Of a stretch of 64,000 bases of DNA, positions 8,137 through 17,706 are shown in pieces (position 1 is the stretch's first letter; every line of letters begins with the position of its first letter). The DNA comes from Gemmatimonadaceae bacterium (GTDB lineage Bacteria > Gemmatimonadota > Gemmatimonadetes > Gemmatimonadales > Gemmatimonadaceae). Made by a program: the position numbers and the translations under genes. The notes under the pieces are model-generated. The model was not told where the DNA came from, searched no databases, and saw only the letters and a program-made list of their open reading frames with translations. Location of the stretch: NCBI GenBank assembly GCA_031366985.1, contig JANLPE010000073.1:57701-121700 (forward strand), written 5' to 3'.

Positions 8137-10070
8137 CAGCGGCTCTCCTGAGTCGACGCCGAACCCTGAAGCTTGTCCAGCAGCACGCGGCGAATGGTGC
8201 GTGGCTTGATCGGCTGACCGCGGACCTGACTCCAGCAATCCACATCGACGAGGTATCGTGAGCGCAGCAGGATCGCGACGGAGGAATATCGGCGATTCGA
8301 TTCGTCGATGATCGTGTCGTCCGGGCGATCGCTCCAATTGCTCTCGATCGTCATGACGTGCGTGAAGCCGCGCATAATCTCTTTGATGCCCGGCGGCAGC
8401 GGCTGCAGGAACTGCAAGTGCATCGATGAGACCTTGCGGCCGTCCTCACGCAGCAACGCGACGGCTTCCTCGATGGCGCCTTTCGTGCTGCCCCAGCCGA
8501 CCACGAGCAAGTCACCGGTTGGGTCGCCAAAGACGGGCGGCGGCGACAGCGTCTTCTGTAGCGCCGCGAGCTTGAGACTGCGAAAACGCAGCGTCTGCTC
8601 GTTGATGTCCGGATCGTACGCCACGTGGCTATCGCGGTCGTGCGCGAGGCCGGTCAGTGTGTGCATGCCGCCCGGCTGCCCAGGGATGAAGCGTCGCGCC
8701 AGACCCGTGGTCTCATCCCAGTCGTAGGGCTTGGCACCCGGCGGGACGGCGCTCTGGTCGATAGGAGGCGCGACCCATGAATCATTGAAGTTCGGCCGTG
8801 GGAACGGTTGCTGCGACGTGGCGAGGGACGCATCCGACAGCACGATGACCACCATGTTGAACGTCTCGGCGATCTTGCGCGCGGTGATGATCGAGTAAAA
8901 ACATTCTTCAATCGTGCCCGGCGCCATCACGACTTTCGGTGCATCACCATGGCTACCGAAGATGGCGGTCATGAGATCACCCTGTTCCATCTTCGTCGGC
9001 TGGCCCGTGCTCGGACCACCGCGCTGCACGTTCACCACGACGAGCGGGATTTCGGCCATTACCGCGAGGCCGATGGCTTCCTGTTTGAGCGAGAAGCCCG
9101 GGCCCGATGTGATGGTGATCGTGCACTTGCTGGCATACGACGCACCGATGGCGAAGGCGCAGGCGGCGATTTCGTCTTCGGCCTGGTGGACGATCCCGCC
9201 GACGTTCTCGAATACCTCGGAGAGGTAATGCGACGCCGACGTGGCCGGTGTGATCGGATACATCGCGCACACTTCCATGCCGGAGGCGAGCACACCGAGC
9301 GCAAGCGATGTGTTGCCGTTGACGACGATCTGCGGAACTGTCGATCGCGTCGCGGGAATTACGTATGAGAAGTCGAGATTCGACTTGGCCCACGCATGCC
9401 CAGCGTCGAGCAGTTGGATGTTGGCATCGACGATGCGTTGATCCTTCTTGCCGAAGGTCGTGATGATCTGGCCGCGTGCGAGCCCGAGATCCAGGCTGTA
9501 GAGCTGACAGAGCATGCCAAGCGCAAACATGTTCTTACCTTTACGCACATCGGCGACGTGCGTCCGGCACTCCCGTTCCATCGGCACTTCGTACACGCGA
9601 TAGCCCGCATCGACAAGCCGGTCGTGTGTTTCGATGTATGACGCGACGACCGACGTGTCAGGATGTGTGCGCCACATGTCCTCGAGCAAAATGATGCAAT
9701 CCGCTTTGAGCTCCTTCGCGCGAACACGTCCGAGCAGCACCTGTTCGTTGAACGCGATGACCAGATCCGTCTCGTCGCCACCGTTGGAGATCGGCCCCGC
9801 GCCGATGCGGATGCGATTCCCGCTTGCGCCGGCCACGCTGCGCGCCGGCGGGCGGATCTCGGCGGGAATGATTTCTGTCGTCCACACCCCGTTACCCATC
9901 TGCGCCGCGATCGTACCCAATGATTGCCCGCACTTCTGCGCCCCCTCGCCGGAATCGCTGATGATCTCGACGATATGTTCTTCGAGCCGGATTGGCACGT
10001 TTCGCGGGCCCAGCGCCTGCGTGTCGTTCACGAGATCGTCAACCGCTCGCTGTGTAATCACGTCAGTCAT
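8136..10070 (-). CDS. korA: 2-oxoacid:ferredoxin oxidoreductase alpha subunit (fused gamma-alpha)
   Basis: DSGEGAQ gamma domain, YPITPA, QAEDEIAA, TSGPGFSLKQE, QRGGPSTG. ATG at 10070 overlaps the nfnB stop (ATGA). Confidence 0.93.
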   Translation of the reverse strand: MTDVITQRAVDDLVNDTQALGPRNVPIRLEEHIVEIISDSGEGAQKCGQSLGTIAAQMGNGVWTTEIIPAEIRPPARSVAGASGNRIRIGAGPISNGGDETDLVIAFNEQVLLGRVRAKELKADCIILLEDMWRTHPDTSVVASYIETHDRLVDAGYRVYEVPMERECRTHVADVRKGKNMFALGMLCQLYSLDLGLARGQIITTFGKKDQRIVDANIQLLDAGHAWAKSNLDFSYVIPATRSTVPQIVVNGNTSLALGVLASGMEVCAMYPITPATSASHYLSEVFENVGGIVHQAEDEIAACAFAIGASYASKCTITITSGPGFSLKQEAIGLAVMAEIPLVVVNVQRGGPSTGQPTKMEQGDLMTAIFGSHGDAPKVVMAPGTIEECFYSIITARKIAETFNMVVIVLSDASLATSQQPFPRPNFNDSWVAPPIDQSAVPPGAKPYDWDETTGLARRFIPGQPGGMHTLTGLAHDRDSHVAYDPDINEQTLRFRSLKLAALQKTLSPPPVFGDPTGDLLVVGWGSTKGAIEEAVALLREDGRKVSSMHLQFLQPLPPGIKEIMRGFTHVMTIESNWSDRPDDTIIDESNRRYSSVAILLRSRYLVDVDCWSQVRGQPIKPRTIRRVLLDKLQGSASTQESR

Positions 10071-11608
10071 GGTCGTTCCAAGCCGCTGGTGAGATCGCGT
10101 CGGTTGCTCACGTGCACGCGCGCGAAGTTCCGTTCTTTGATGTCGATGCCGAAGAGTGTGTCGCTGTCGGCCGCGCGATCGGGCGCGTACGGTAGCCACG
10201 GATCGCGGATGCCGAGATATGCTTTCATGCCACGCGCGGCCTTGCGCCCTGCACCCATCGCCTCGATCACCGTCGCGGCGCCGGTCACGATGTCACCACC
10301 AGCGAAGACGCCGGCGACCGACGTAGCGCACTGCTCGTAGGTATTGATATATCCGCGCGCGTTGAGCGTCAGCTTGGACGTCTGGCCCATGATCGGGTTC
10401 GCATTCGTGCCGATCGCGTATACGACCACGTCCGCCTCGAACTCGAACTCACTGCCCGCGACCGGTACCGGGCGGCGACGTCCCGACCCATCCGGTTCGC
10501 TGAGTTCCATGCGCACGCAGCGTATGCCGCGCACGCTACCATGGCCGTCATCGAGCACCGCCACGGGCGCCGTGAGGAAGTGAAATGCGACGCCTTCCTG
10601 TTCGGCATGGTGCAATTCTTCCATGCGGGCCGGTGCTTCGGTGCGCGAACGCCGATAGAGGCAATACACCTTCTCGGCACCGATCCTGACGGCAACGCGC
10701 ATCGCGTCCATCGCGGTGTTCCCCGCGCCGACAACAGCAACGTGTTTGCCGATCGGCATTGGCGTGTCGAAGTCCGGATATTCACGCGCGCGCATCAGGT
10801 TGCAGCGCGTCAGCAGTTCGTTGGCGGACAGCACGCCGTTGAGCGAATCGCCGGGAATGTTGAGCATCGTCGGATAGCCCGCGCCCACGCCGACAAAGAC
10901 CGCGTCGAAGCCCATCTCCTCGATCATCTGTTCGATCGTGAAGAGACGGCCGACCAACGTGTTGCATTCGAACTTCACACCGAACGATTTGAGCTTCTCG
11001 ATCTCCGCGTCGATGACCGCGTTGGGCAGACGGAAATCCGGGATGCCATAACGGAGTACGCCGCCCGGCAGATGGAACGCTTCGTACACGGTGACATCGC
11101 ACCCCGCCTTTGCCATGTCCGCCGCGCAGGCCATACCGGCCGGGCCGGAGCCGACGACTCCAACCTTGAATTGATTCGGCTCGATGTACGGGATGTTGAT
11201 CCAATGCTCCGTGATCGCACTGTCACCGACAAAGCGCTCGAGACGCCCAATTGCCACGGCCTGCAGCGTGTCACCGACCGTACACACGCCTTCGCACTGC
11301 GTCTCCTGTGGACAGACGCGTCCGCAGATCGAGGGCAGCACGTTGGTGTCCGTGATGACGTCGTAGGCGCCTCGGACGTTCTTCTCGGAGAGTCTCTGAA
11401 TGAACGCGGGAATGTTGATGCCGACCGGACAGCCGGAGATGCACGGCTGGTCCGGGCACATCAGGCAGCGCTCCGCCTCGCGCATCGCTTCTTCTAGGCT
11501 ATAGCCTCGCGCTACTTCATCGAAGTTGTGTGAACGCACGCCTGGATCCTGCTCGCGCATCGGCGTGCGTTCCTGTGGAATCGCGCGAATTGTCTTCTTC
11601 TTCGCCAT
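10067..11608 (-). CDS. nfnB: NfnB/SudA-like flavoprotein (NADPH-dependent glutamate synthase small-chain homolog; two Fe-S clusters, FAD)
   Basis: CLMCPDQPCISGCP, CGRVCPQETQCEGVC, GSGPAG, LRYGIPDFRL, GAGNTAMD, AGGDIVTGAATV. Lies directly downstream of an NfnA-like gene; no gltB nearby. Confidence 0.88.
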   Translation of the reverse strand: MAKKKTIRAIPQERTPMREQDPGVRSHNFDEVARGYSLEEAMREAERCLMCPDQPCISGCPVGINIPAFIQRLSEKNVRGAYDVITDTNVLPSICGRVCPQETQCEGVCTVGDTLQAVAIGRLERFVGDSAITEHWINIPYIEPNQFKVGVVGSGPAGMACAADMAKAGCDVTVYEAFHLPGGVLRYGIPDFRLPNAVIDAEIEKLKSFGVKFECNTLVGRLFTIEQMIEEMGFDAVFVGVGAGYPTMLNIPGDSLNGVLSANELLTRCNLMRAREYPDFDTPMPIGKHVAVVGAGNTAMDAMRVAVRIGAEKVYCLYRRSRTEAPARMEELHHAEQEGVAFHFLTAPVAVLDDGHGSVRGIRCVRMELSEPDGSGRRRPVPVAGSEFEFEADVVVYAIGTNANPIMGQTSKLTLNARGYINTYEQCATSVAGVFAGGDIVTGAATVIEAMGAGRKAARGMKAYLGIRDPWLPYAPDRAADSDTLFGIDIKERNFARVHVSNRRDLTSGLERP

Positions 11609-11611
11609 CGC

Positions 11612-12559
11612 TTAGCCCCCGAGCGTCATTTCCGAGAAGTCCGGCCAATCGAGCAACTCGATTTGTGGTGCGGCAGCGAGCGCGAGTTCATGCAGCGCGC
11701 TCGGTCCAACGGTCTTCGTCATGCGGCAGCTTTCCGAAAACTTCTCGGCGGCGGTTGTTTCCGTCTGCGTATAGCGCTGGAGGCGCAGCATGAGGTCGTC
11801 GAAGTCGACCAGATGTCCATCGAAATCGGGGCCATCGACGCAGCCGAACTTCACCTGACCGCCCACCTTCACCCGGCAGCCACCGCACATGCCTGTGCCG
11901 TCCACCATGATCGGATTGACGCTGACCATCGTCTTGATGCCGTAGGGTCGCGTGGCATCGGCGCTGGCTTTCATCATGATCGGCGGTCCGATCGCGATGA
12001 CTTCGTCGATGTCGGTGTGCGTCTCGAGCGCGACGCGGATGCCGTCGGTGATCATCCCTTTCATGCCTGCCGAGCCGTCATTGGTGCAGAGGATCAGCTC
12101 GTCGCAGCAGGCGCGGAATTTGTCTTCCCAGAAGACCAGATCTTTGTTGCGGAAGCCGAGCACGGCGATGACGTAGGCGCCCTGTTCCTTGAAGCCGCGC
12201 GCTTGCGGAAAGATCGGCGCGACGCCCAGCCCGCCGCCGACGCACACGACCTTCTTGGCGTGACTGACTGCGCTGGGAATGCCCATCGGGCCCACCATCG
12301 CGTACAGCGACGTGCCGACCTGACACTCGACCTGCATCTGCTTGGTCGTCTTGCCAACCGCTTGGATGACCAGCGAGATCGTGCCGCGCTCGCGATTATA
12401 GTCTGCGATCGTGAGTGGCGTGCGCTCGCCGTGCTCGTGCAGCATGACAATGACGAATTGTCCGGGCTTGGCGGCCATCGCCATCAACGGATGGCGCACC
12501 TCGAGGAGGAACGTGACGTCCGAGAAGTCTTCCCGGGCAACGATCTCGAAGTTTGGCAT
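11612..12559 (-). CDS. nfnA: NfnA/SudB-like FAD/NAD-binding subunit with [2Fe-2S] (PyrK-like)
   Basis: PGQFVIV, ERTPLTIAD, VGPMG, VGGGLG, MVDGTGMCGGCRV...CVDGPDFD (Asp + 3 Cys ligands). GGAAGG RBS before ATG 12559. Confidence 0.9.
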   Translation of the reverse strand: MPNFEIVAREDFSDVTFLLEVRHPLMAMAAKPGQFVIVMLHEHGERTPLTIADYNRERGTISLVIQAVGKTTKQMQVECQVGTSLYAMVGPMGIPSAVSHAKKVVCVGGGLGVAPIFPQARGFKEQGAYVIAVLGFRNKDLVFWEDKFRACCDELILCTNDGSAGMKGMITDGIRVALETHTDIDEVIAIGPPIMMKASADATRPYGIKTMVSVNPIMVDGTGMCGGCRVKVGGQVKFGCVDGPDFDGHLVDFDDLMLRLQRYTQTETTAAEKFSESCRMTKTVGPSALHELALAAAPQIELLDWPDFSEMTLGG

Positions 12560-12795
12560 GACAGTCACCTTCCGGGGGGGGCGGTTGGAGGACTGGGGCG
12601 ATGGTTGGTGCGGCGAGTACTGGAGTCCTAGCTAGTGATATGCGATTGCCACGGGCGTAGGGGATTCCTTGCCCTCATGTCGGATTTACCAAGCTCCGTG
12701 GTCAGATGCCTCGCGCCGGGCCTGCCTTCATCCGATAATTCCCACCCGATACTCGTTTTTCTCGCCTTGCCACGATCATAGGGGAAACTTCAGCG

Positions 12796-13215
12796 ATGAA
12801 CCGCGTATTACTCTCGCTTCACCTGCTCGGCCTGGCGCTCGGCCTTTCGGTGCCCTTCTCGAACATCGTCATGCAATCGCTGATCGCCAAAGCGGCCCCA
12901 GCCGAACAGCCCGTTCTCGGTCGATTCCCGCCGGCGATGATTCGCGTCGGCGACATCGGTCTCGTGCTACTCTGGATCACCGGACCGATCCTGCTGTTCA
13001 CGAAGCACAATGGCTTCGCTGGCCTGTCACCGGCATTCCACGTCAAGCTGACGGCTGTCGTCGTGCTCACGCTCGGCGTGGGGTTCATTCACGGCAACAT
13101 GAAGAAGGCGGCCACCGGTGATGCTGCGGCGATCTCGCGCGTTCAGACGACGGCGAAAGTCACGCTGCTCGCCGCGCTGACCGCGCTGGTCGGCGCCGTG
13201 ATTACGTTCAACTGA
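12796..13215 (+). CDS. Small 4-TM membrane protein with intramembrane His residues (DUF2269/CopD/HemJ-like)
   Basis: Four hydrophobic segments; SLHLL, FHVKL, FIHG. Confidence 0.6.
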   Translation: MNRVLLSLHLLGLALGLSVPFSNIVMQSLIAKAAPAEQPVLGRFPPAMIRVGDIGLVLLWITGPILLFTKHNGFAGLSPAFHVKLTAVVVLTLGVGFIHGNMKKAATGDAAAISRVQTTAKVTLLAALTALVGAVITFN

Positions 13216-13261
13216 TTAGGATCAGGAGTGCGCTGAGTCTTTCGTCTTCCCATTTCTGAAC

Positions 13262-13723
13262 GTGATGTTCCCCTTCGGCTGGACGCACTACCTGCTCGGC
13301 GGCCTCTGCATCGGCCTCGGCGTGTCGTTGCTGTACGTGCTTACCGGCCTCGTCGGCGGCATGAGCTCCGTATATTCCTCGACGTGGTCGTATGCAGTCG
13401 AGGCGCCGTTCTTTCACGCGGCGCGACTTGTGAAGAGTCGCGAGTGGCGCCTGTCGTACTCGACCGGTCTCATCCTCGGCGCGTCGATATGGTGGCTGCT
13501 GTTTGGACACGGCACGCCCATCGCGGTTTCGATCCCGTGGTGGCAACTGCTGGGCGGCGGCGTGCTGGTGGGCTACGGCGCGCGCCTGTCTCGAGGATGC
13601 ACATCTGGCCATGGCATCTGTGGACTCGCCTCGTTGCAGCTGCCGTCGCTGGCGGCTGTGCTCACGTTCATGGCGACGGCGTTCATCACGGCGAACGTCG
13701 TGCTGCGACTCGGAGGCCACTGA
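13262..13723 (+). CDS. YeeE/YedE family sulfur-compound transport protein (half 1)
   Basis: GGLCIG, GLVGGMS, LVGYGARLSRGCTSGHGICG. Confidence 0.9.
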   Translation: MMFPFGWTHYLLGGLCIGLGVSLLYVLTGLVGGMSSVYSSTWSYAVEAPFFHAARLVKSREWRLSYSTGLILGASIWWLLFGHGTPIAVSIPWWQLLGGGVLVGYGARLSRGCTSGHGICGLASLQLPSLAAVLTFMATAFITANVVLRLGGH

Positions 13724-13724
13724 C

Positions 13725-14198
13725 TTGTCCACGTCGACGTCCTCCGAGGTGAAGCGTCCGCGTGCTCAGCGCCTCGCGGCACTCGCGGCCGGCATCCTGT
13801 TCGGCTTCGGGCTCGCGCTCTCAACGATGATTCGCCCCGAGATCGTGCTCGGGTTCCTGCGTGTGCAGGATATGGGACTGATGCTTGTCCTCGGTGGCGC
13901 CGTCGTCGTGACGTTCTTCGCGTATCGCTACGCGCCGCGCCTGATGAAACATCCGTTGCTCGGCGGCGTGTTCGGTTTGCACGAAGCGACGATGGAGCGC
14001 TCGACGATCATCGGTGCCGCGATCTTCGGCATCGGGTGGGGGATCACGGGTGTCTGTCCGGGTCCGGCGATCGCGGGACTCGGCGCGGGCATGTGGCAGC
14101 TTGGTTTCGCCATTGCCGGCATCGCGATCGGCGCGTTGCTGCAGGGCGTGACGACGCGCATGCCGGTCGACACGCACGTGCCGACCGAGAACGACTGA
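13725..14198 (+). CDS. YeeE/YedE family protein (half 2)
   Basis: GGAGG RBS + TTG at 13725; GILFGFGLALSTM, IFGIGWGITGVCPGPA. Confidence 0.88.
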   Translation: MSTSTSSEVKRPRAQRLAALAAGILFGFGLALSTMIRPEIVLGFLRVQDMGLMLVLGGAVVVTFFAYRYAPRLMKHPLLGGVFGLHEATMERSTIIGAAIFGIGWGITGVCPGPAIAGLGAGMWQLGFAIAGIAIGALLQGVTTRMPVDTHVPTEND

Positions 14199-14336
14199 AC
14201 GCTACGTTTCGTCGGTGCTTCTGTGTCGACCACGCGACACAAACAACGCCGTTCCGCTGCGGAAATCGTGACAATCGTGGTGAACTGTTTGGGTCCGCTT
14301 TGAGGGTTCCCGTTCACTTCACCTGAGATTTCTTGT

Positions 14337-14534
14337 ATGAATCGTTCTGTTGCTGCATTGCTGTCCGCCGTCGCGATCTTGACCGCCTGCAGCGATCCGC
14401 CAACGGCTGTGCCCAGTCTGACTGCGCGTGCCGATCGCGAGCAGTCGACGCCGGTCGGCTTCCTCACATCGCAACCGGCGACATCATCCCAGGCACAACA
14501 GCAGCGTGGATGCCGACAGAGGTCGTGTCAATAG
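14337..14534 (+). pseudogene. Truncated lipoprotein N-terminus interrupted by IS sequence
   Basis: MNRSVAALLSAVAILTAC lipobox. The frame ends inside an IS-end-like sequence. Confidence 0.5.
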
Positions 14535-14544
14535 GTGTGTAAAT
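14519..14544. mobile_element. IS256-family-like terminal inverted repeat (isolated)
   Basis: GAGGTCGTGTCAATAGGTGTGTAAAT; its reverse complement ATTTACACACCTATTGACACGACCTC resembles the TTACACA..TTGACAC ends I recall for IS256 elements. No partner end or transposase seen. Confidence 0.35.
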
Positions 14545-15521
14545 AGGTTTCAAGCGGCGACACGTTTTCGGTGGCAGAAGCAGGCGCTCGAGCATCTGAC
14601 GGCCGCGCTGCAAGACGGCCGCACCCAGCGTGTGGAGTCCCAATCCGTCAGCGCCGATCGCGCCCGCATCGCCGTGCTCGAAGCGACGATCGCGAAGAAG
14701 GATCGCGTCATTGCGGAAGTGTCCGAAGAGTACCTCGACATGAAAAAAGTATGGGGGCCCATGACCCCGCACTGGGTCCCGCCCGATCGCCGCAACGAGG
14801 TCGTGGACTGCGTCACGTCGCTCAGCACGCGCACCGCGGTGCAGACACCACACGGCCCGGTGCCCCGCGATCACTGGCGCACGCGCGCGGAACGCGACGG
14901 CATTCTGCGCGTTCACGAAAGGCATCCCATGGACGGCTATCGTCGCCTGACCTACCTGTTGCTGGACGCGGGTGACGTCGCAGTCAGTCCCACCTCCGGG
15001 TATCGCGTGCTCAAGGACGCGGGACGTCTGGATCGCTGGACGCGCACGCCATCGAAAAAGGGCACGGGCTTCGACCAGCCGACGCAGGCGCACCAACACT
15101 GGCACATCGATTTCACGTACCTCAACATCGCGGGGACGTGCTCCTATCGGTGCGCCATTCTCAACGGCTGGTCGCGCTACCTCGTGCACTGGGAACTCCG
15201 CGAGTCGATGACGACGCAGGACGTCACGACGATTTTGCAGCGGGCCCGGGAGAAGTTTCCCGACGCGTGCCCGCGCATGATTTCGGATAACGGCCCGCAG
15301 TTTATCGCCGCCTGCACAGTGCGATCGGCTACATCACGCCCGCTGACCCGCTCGCCGGACGGTCCGACGCCATTTGGGCGACCCGCGAGGCGCGCCTCGA
15401 AGCGGCGAGGGGCGCCCGGCGTCTCGCGCATCATCCGATCGCCGCGGAACATCACGTATTGCCCGTCCCGTTATTCCATTGTCCATCCACCCACGTGTCA
15501 CATTCACGCTGAACCAGGACA
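14545..15521 (+). mobile_element. IS3-family element remnant (orfA 3' part + internally deleted orfB, right end retained)
   Basis: OrfA-like IAKKDRVIAEVSEEYL, A6G slippery site at 14743-14749, OrfB-like GYRRLTYLLLD, WHIDFTYL, SRYLVHWEL, SDNGPQFIA. Then a jump in another frame to RLHSAIGYITPAD. Ends ...TCACGCTGAACCAGGACA (terminal CA at 15521). Confidence 0.9.
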
Positions 15522-15825
15522 GCCCATCTGTCGTTCAATTGCGCCACCGCCTGCAACGGCAACTGCACCCGCGTGGGCGCGCGCATCATCGTGCGCCGCA
15601 CCTGATTGAGTTCCAGTGCGCGATACAAATGGTAGATGCGCTTGTGGTTCCACCGATGCCCGAGCTTGCGCAGGCAATTGCGATACTTCCAGAAACTCAG
15701 CGTCCCTCCTGCGCGATCATGACGTCAAGGCCGCGATGATTGGCGCATCGACGTCGTCCATCACGTTCAGAGGCCGATATTACGCGGTGTGCGTGCGCGG
15801 GACTGAAGCGACCTGCATGTGAGCC
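15522..15825 (-). mobile_element. Second IS3-family (IS407-group-like) orfB fragment
   Basis: Minus strand: YRPLNVMDDVDAPIIAALT, then FWKYRNCLRKLGHRWNHKRIYHLYRALELNQVRR...QLPLQAVAQLNDRWA, cut by the right end of the first element. Confidence 0.8.
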
Positions 15826-15840
15826 CGCCGGCGTTTACGC

Positions 15841-17361
15841 CTACACCAAAATCGGCAACCGTCGGATCTTCTCCTGCCACTCGCGCGGCCCTGTCTCGTG
15901 CACATTGCTGCCCGCCGCATCAACTGCGACCGTGACCGGCATGTCGTGCACATCGAACTCGTAGATCGCTTCCATACCGAGGTCCGCGAACGCGACAACG
16001 CGTGACGAGCGGATCGCCTTCGACACCAAGTATGCGGCGCCGCCGACGGCCATCAGATATGCGGCTTTGTGTTTGCGAATCGCCTCGAGTCCTGTCGGTC
16101 CACGCTCGGCCTTGCCAATCATCGCAATCAGGCCGGTCTTCGCAAGCATCATCTCGGTGAACTTGTCCATGCGCGTCGCCGTCGTCGGACCGGCCGGACC
16201 CACCGCTTCATCGCGCACGGGATCAACCGGACCGACATAATAGATCATTCGGTTCGTGAAGTCGACGCCGGCAGGGAGTCCTTCGCCGCTCGCGAACAAG
16301 TCGGCGATGCGCTTATGCGCCGCGTCGCGACCGGTAAGCAACTTGCCGTTCAACAGCAAACGATCACCGGCCTTCCACGACTGCACGACGTCCGGCGTGA
16401 GCGTGTTGAGGTCGACGTGCTTCGCGTTCACATCGGGGCGCCACGTGACATCGGGCCAGTCGGCCAGATTGGGCGTCGGCAATTCCGCGGCGCCGCTGCC
16501 GTCGAGCGTGAAATGCGCGTGACGTGTGGCCGCGCAGTTCGGGATCATTGCGATTGGCTTGGACGCGGCGTGCGTCGGGAAGTCAAAGATCTTGACGTCG
16601 AGCACGGTCGACAGACCGCCAAGTCCCTGCGCGCCGATGCCGAGTGCATTGACCTTGTCGCACAGTTCGATGCGCAACTCTTCGATCGTGTTCTGTGGGC
16701 CGCGCGCCTTGAGCTGGGCCATGTCGATGTGCTCCATGAGCGATTCCTTCGCCATGAGCATCGCCTTTTCGGCGGTGCCGCCGATGCCGATGCCGAGCAT
16801 GCCCGGTGGGCACCAACCGGCGCCCATCAGCGGCACCGTCTTCATGACCCAGTCGACGATCGAGTCGCTCGGATTGAGCATCGCAAACTTCGACTTGTTC
16901 TCCGACCCGCCGCCCTTCGCCGCGAGCTTCACCTCGACCGTGTTGCCGGGCACGATTTCATAGTGCACGACCGCCGGCGTGTTGTCTTTCGTGTTTTTGC
17001 GCGTGAACGCCGGATCCGACACGATCGAGGCGCGCAACACGTTGTCCGGGAGCAAGTACGCCTGTCGAACGCCTTCGTTCACCATCTCCTGCACGGACAT
17101 GGTCGCATCCCACCGGACGTCCATGCCAACTTTCAAAAAGACCACCACGATGCCCGTATCCTGACAAATCGGGCGATGGCCTTCGGCGCACATGCGCGAA
17201 TTCGTGAGGATCTGCGCGATGGCGTCCTTTGCCGCGGGACCTTGCTCCTTCTCGTACGCATCGGCAAGCGCGTGGATGTAATCCAGCGGATGGAAGTACG
17301 AGATGTGCTGGAGCGCGTCCGCGATGGACTGGATGAAGTCGGCTTGTTTGATGGTGGTCAT
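15841..17361 (-). CDS. fumA: Class I (Fe-S) fumarate hydratase
   Basis: RPICQDTG, KGGGSENKS, GAGWCPPG, MIPNCAATRH, RDAAHKR, GPTTATRMD, GKAERG. Confidence 0.93.
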   Translation of the reverse strand: MTTIKQADFIQSIADALQHISYFHPLDYIHALADAYEKEQGPAAKDAIAQILTNSRMCAEGHRPICQDTGIVVVFLKVGMDVRWDATMSVQEMVNEGVRQAYLLPDNVLRASIVSDPAFTRKNTKDNTPAVVHYEIVPGNTVEVKLAAKGGGSENKSKFAMLNPSDSIVDWVMKTVPLMGAGWCPPGMLGIGIGGTAEKAMLMAKESLMEHIDMAQLKARGPQNTIEELRIELCDKVNALGIGAQGLGGLSTVLDVKIFDFPTHAASKPIAMIPNCAATRHAHFTLDGSGAAELPTPNLADWPDVTWRPDVNAKHVDLNTLTPDVVQSWKAGDRLLLNGKLLTGRDAAHKRIADLFASGEGLPAGVDFTNRMIYYVGPVDPVRDEAVGPAGPTTATRMDKFTEMMLAKTGLIAMIGKAERGPTGLEAIRKHKAAYLMAVGGAAYLVSKAIRSSRVVAFADLGMEAIYEFDVHDMPVTVAVDAAGSNVHETGPREWQEKIRRLPILV

Positions 17362-17526
17362 GGCGGAAAATAGGCGCGGTGAAGCAGGCTCGCCAATTCG
17401 ATGACGGTCATGCGCCGCGCCGATGTGCATGCCGAAGCGGTCCACCCCGCCATAACGTCCGATTTCGAGATCTCGTGCGACACGTGCAGGATCTGCTCGA
17501 GGCCAAAACGGCACCGGTATGTCCCC

Positions 17527-17706
17527 TCACTCGGATGCCGCATTGGAATGTTCCGGACGGTACGACACGACAATCACATATGTAGACTTGTCCCACGGTC
17601 TGCGAAGAAGCGTCGTGGGACTTGCCACCAACTCTGCGTCGTCGCGCTCAGGCGTATCGAAGCAGGCCATCGCCAAGATGATGCAGGCGAGTATAGGACG
17701 CGTCAT
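17527..17706 (-). CDS. Small putative lipoprotein (59 aa), possibly truncated
   Basis: MTRPILACIILAMAC lipobox-like start; the ATG overlaps the TGA of the upstream ORF (ATGA 17703-17706). Below the ORF-track length cut-off. Confidence 0.4.
   Translation of the reverse strand: MTRPILACIILAMACFDTPERDDAELVASPTTLLRRPWDKSTYVIVVSYRPEHSNAASE

Noticed and set aside
10067-11608. Annotation as glutamate synthase small subunit (gltD)
   Set aside because: No gltB adjacent; it is paired with an NfnA/SudB-type gene, which favours NfnB
15841-17706. The 59-aa lipoprotein ORF is in frame with the fumarase, separated by a single TGA (17527), suggesting readthrough or fusion
   Set aside because: The fumarase has a normal family start (MTTIKQ at 17361), an exported Fe-S fumarase is implausible, and open frames of this length are common at this GC content
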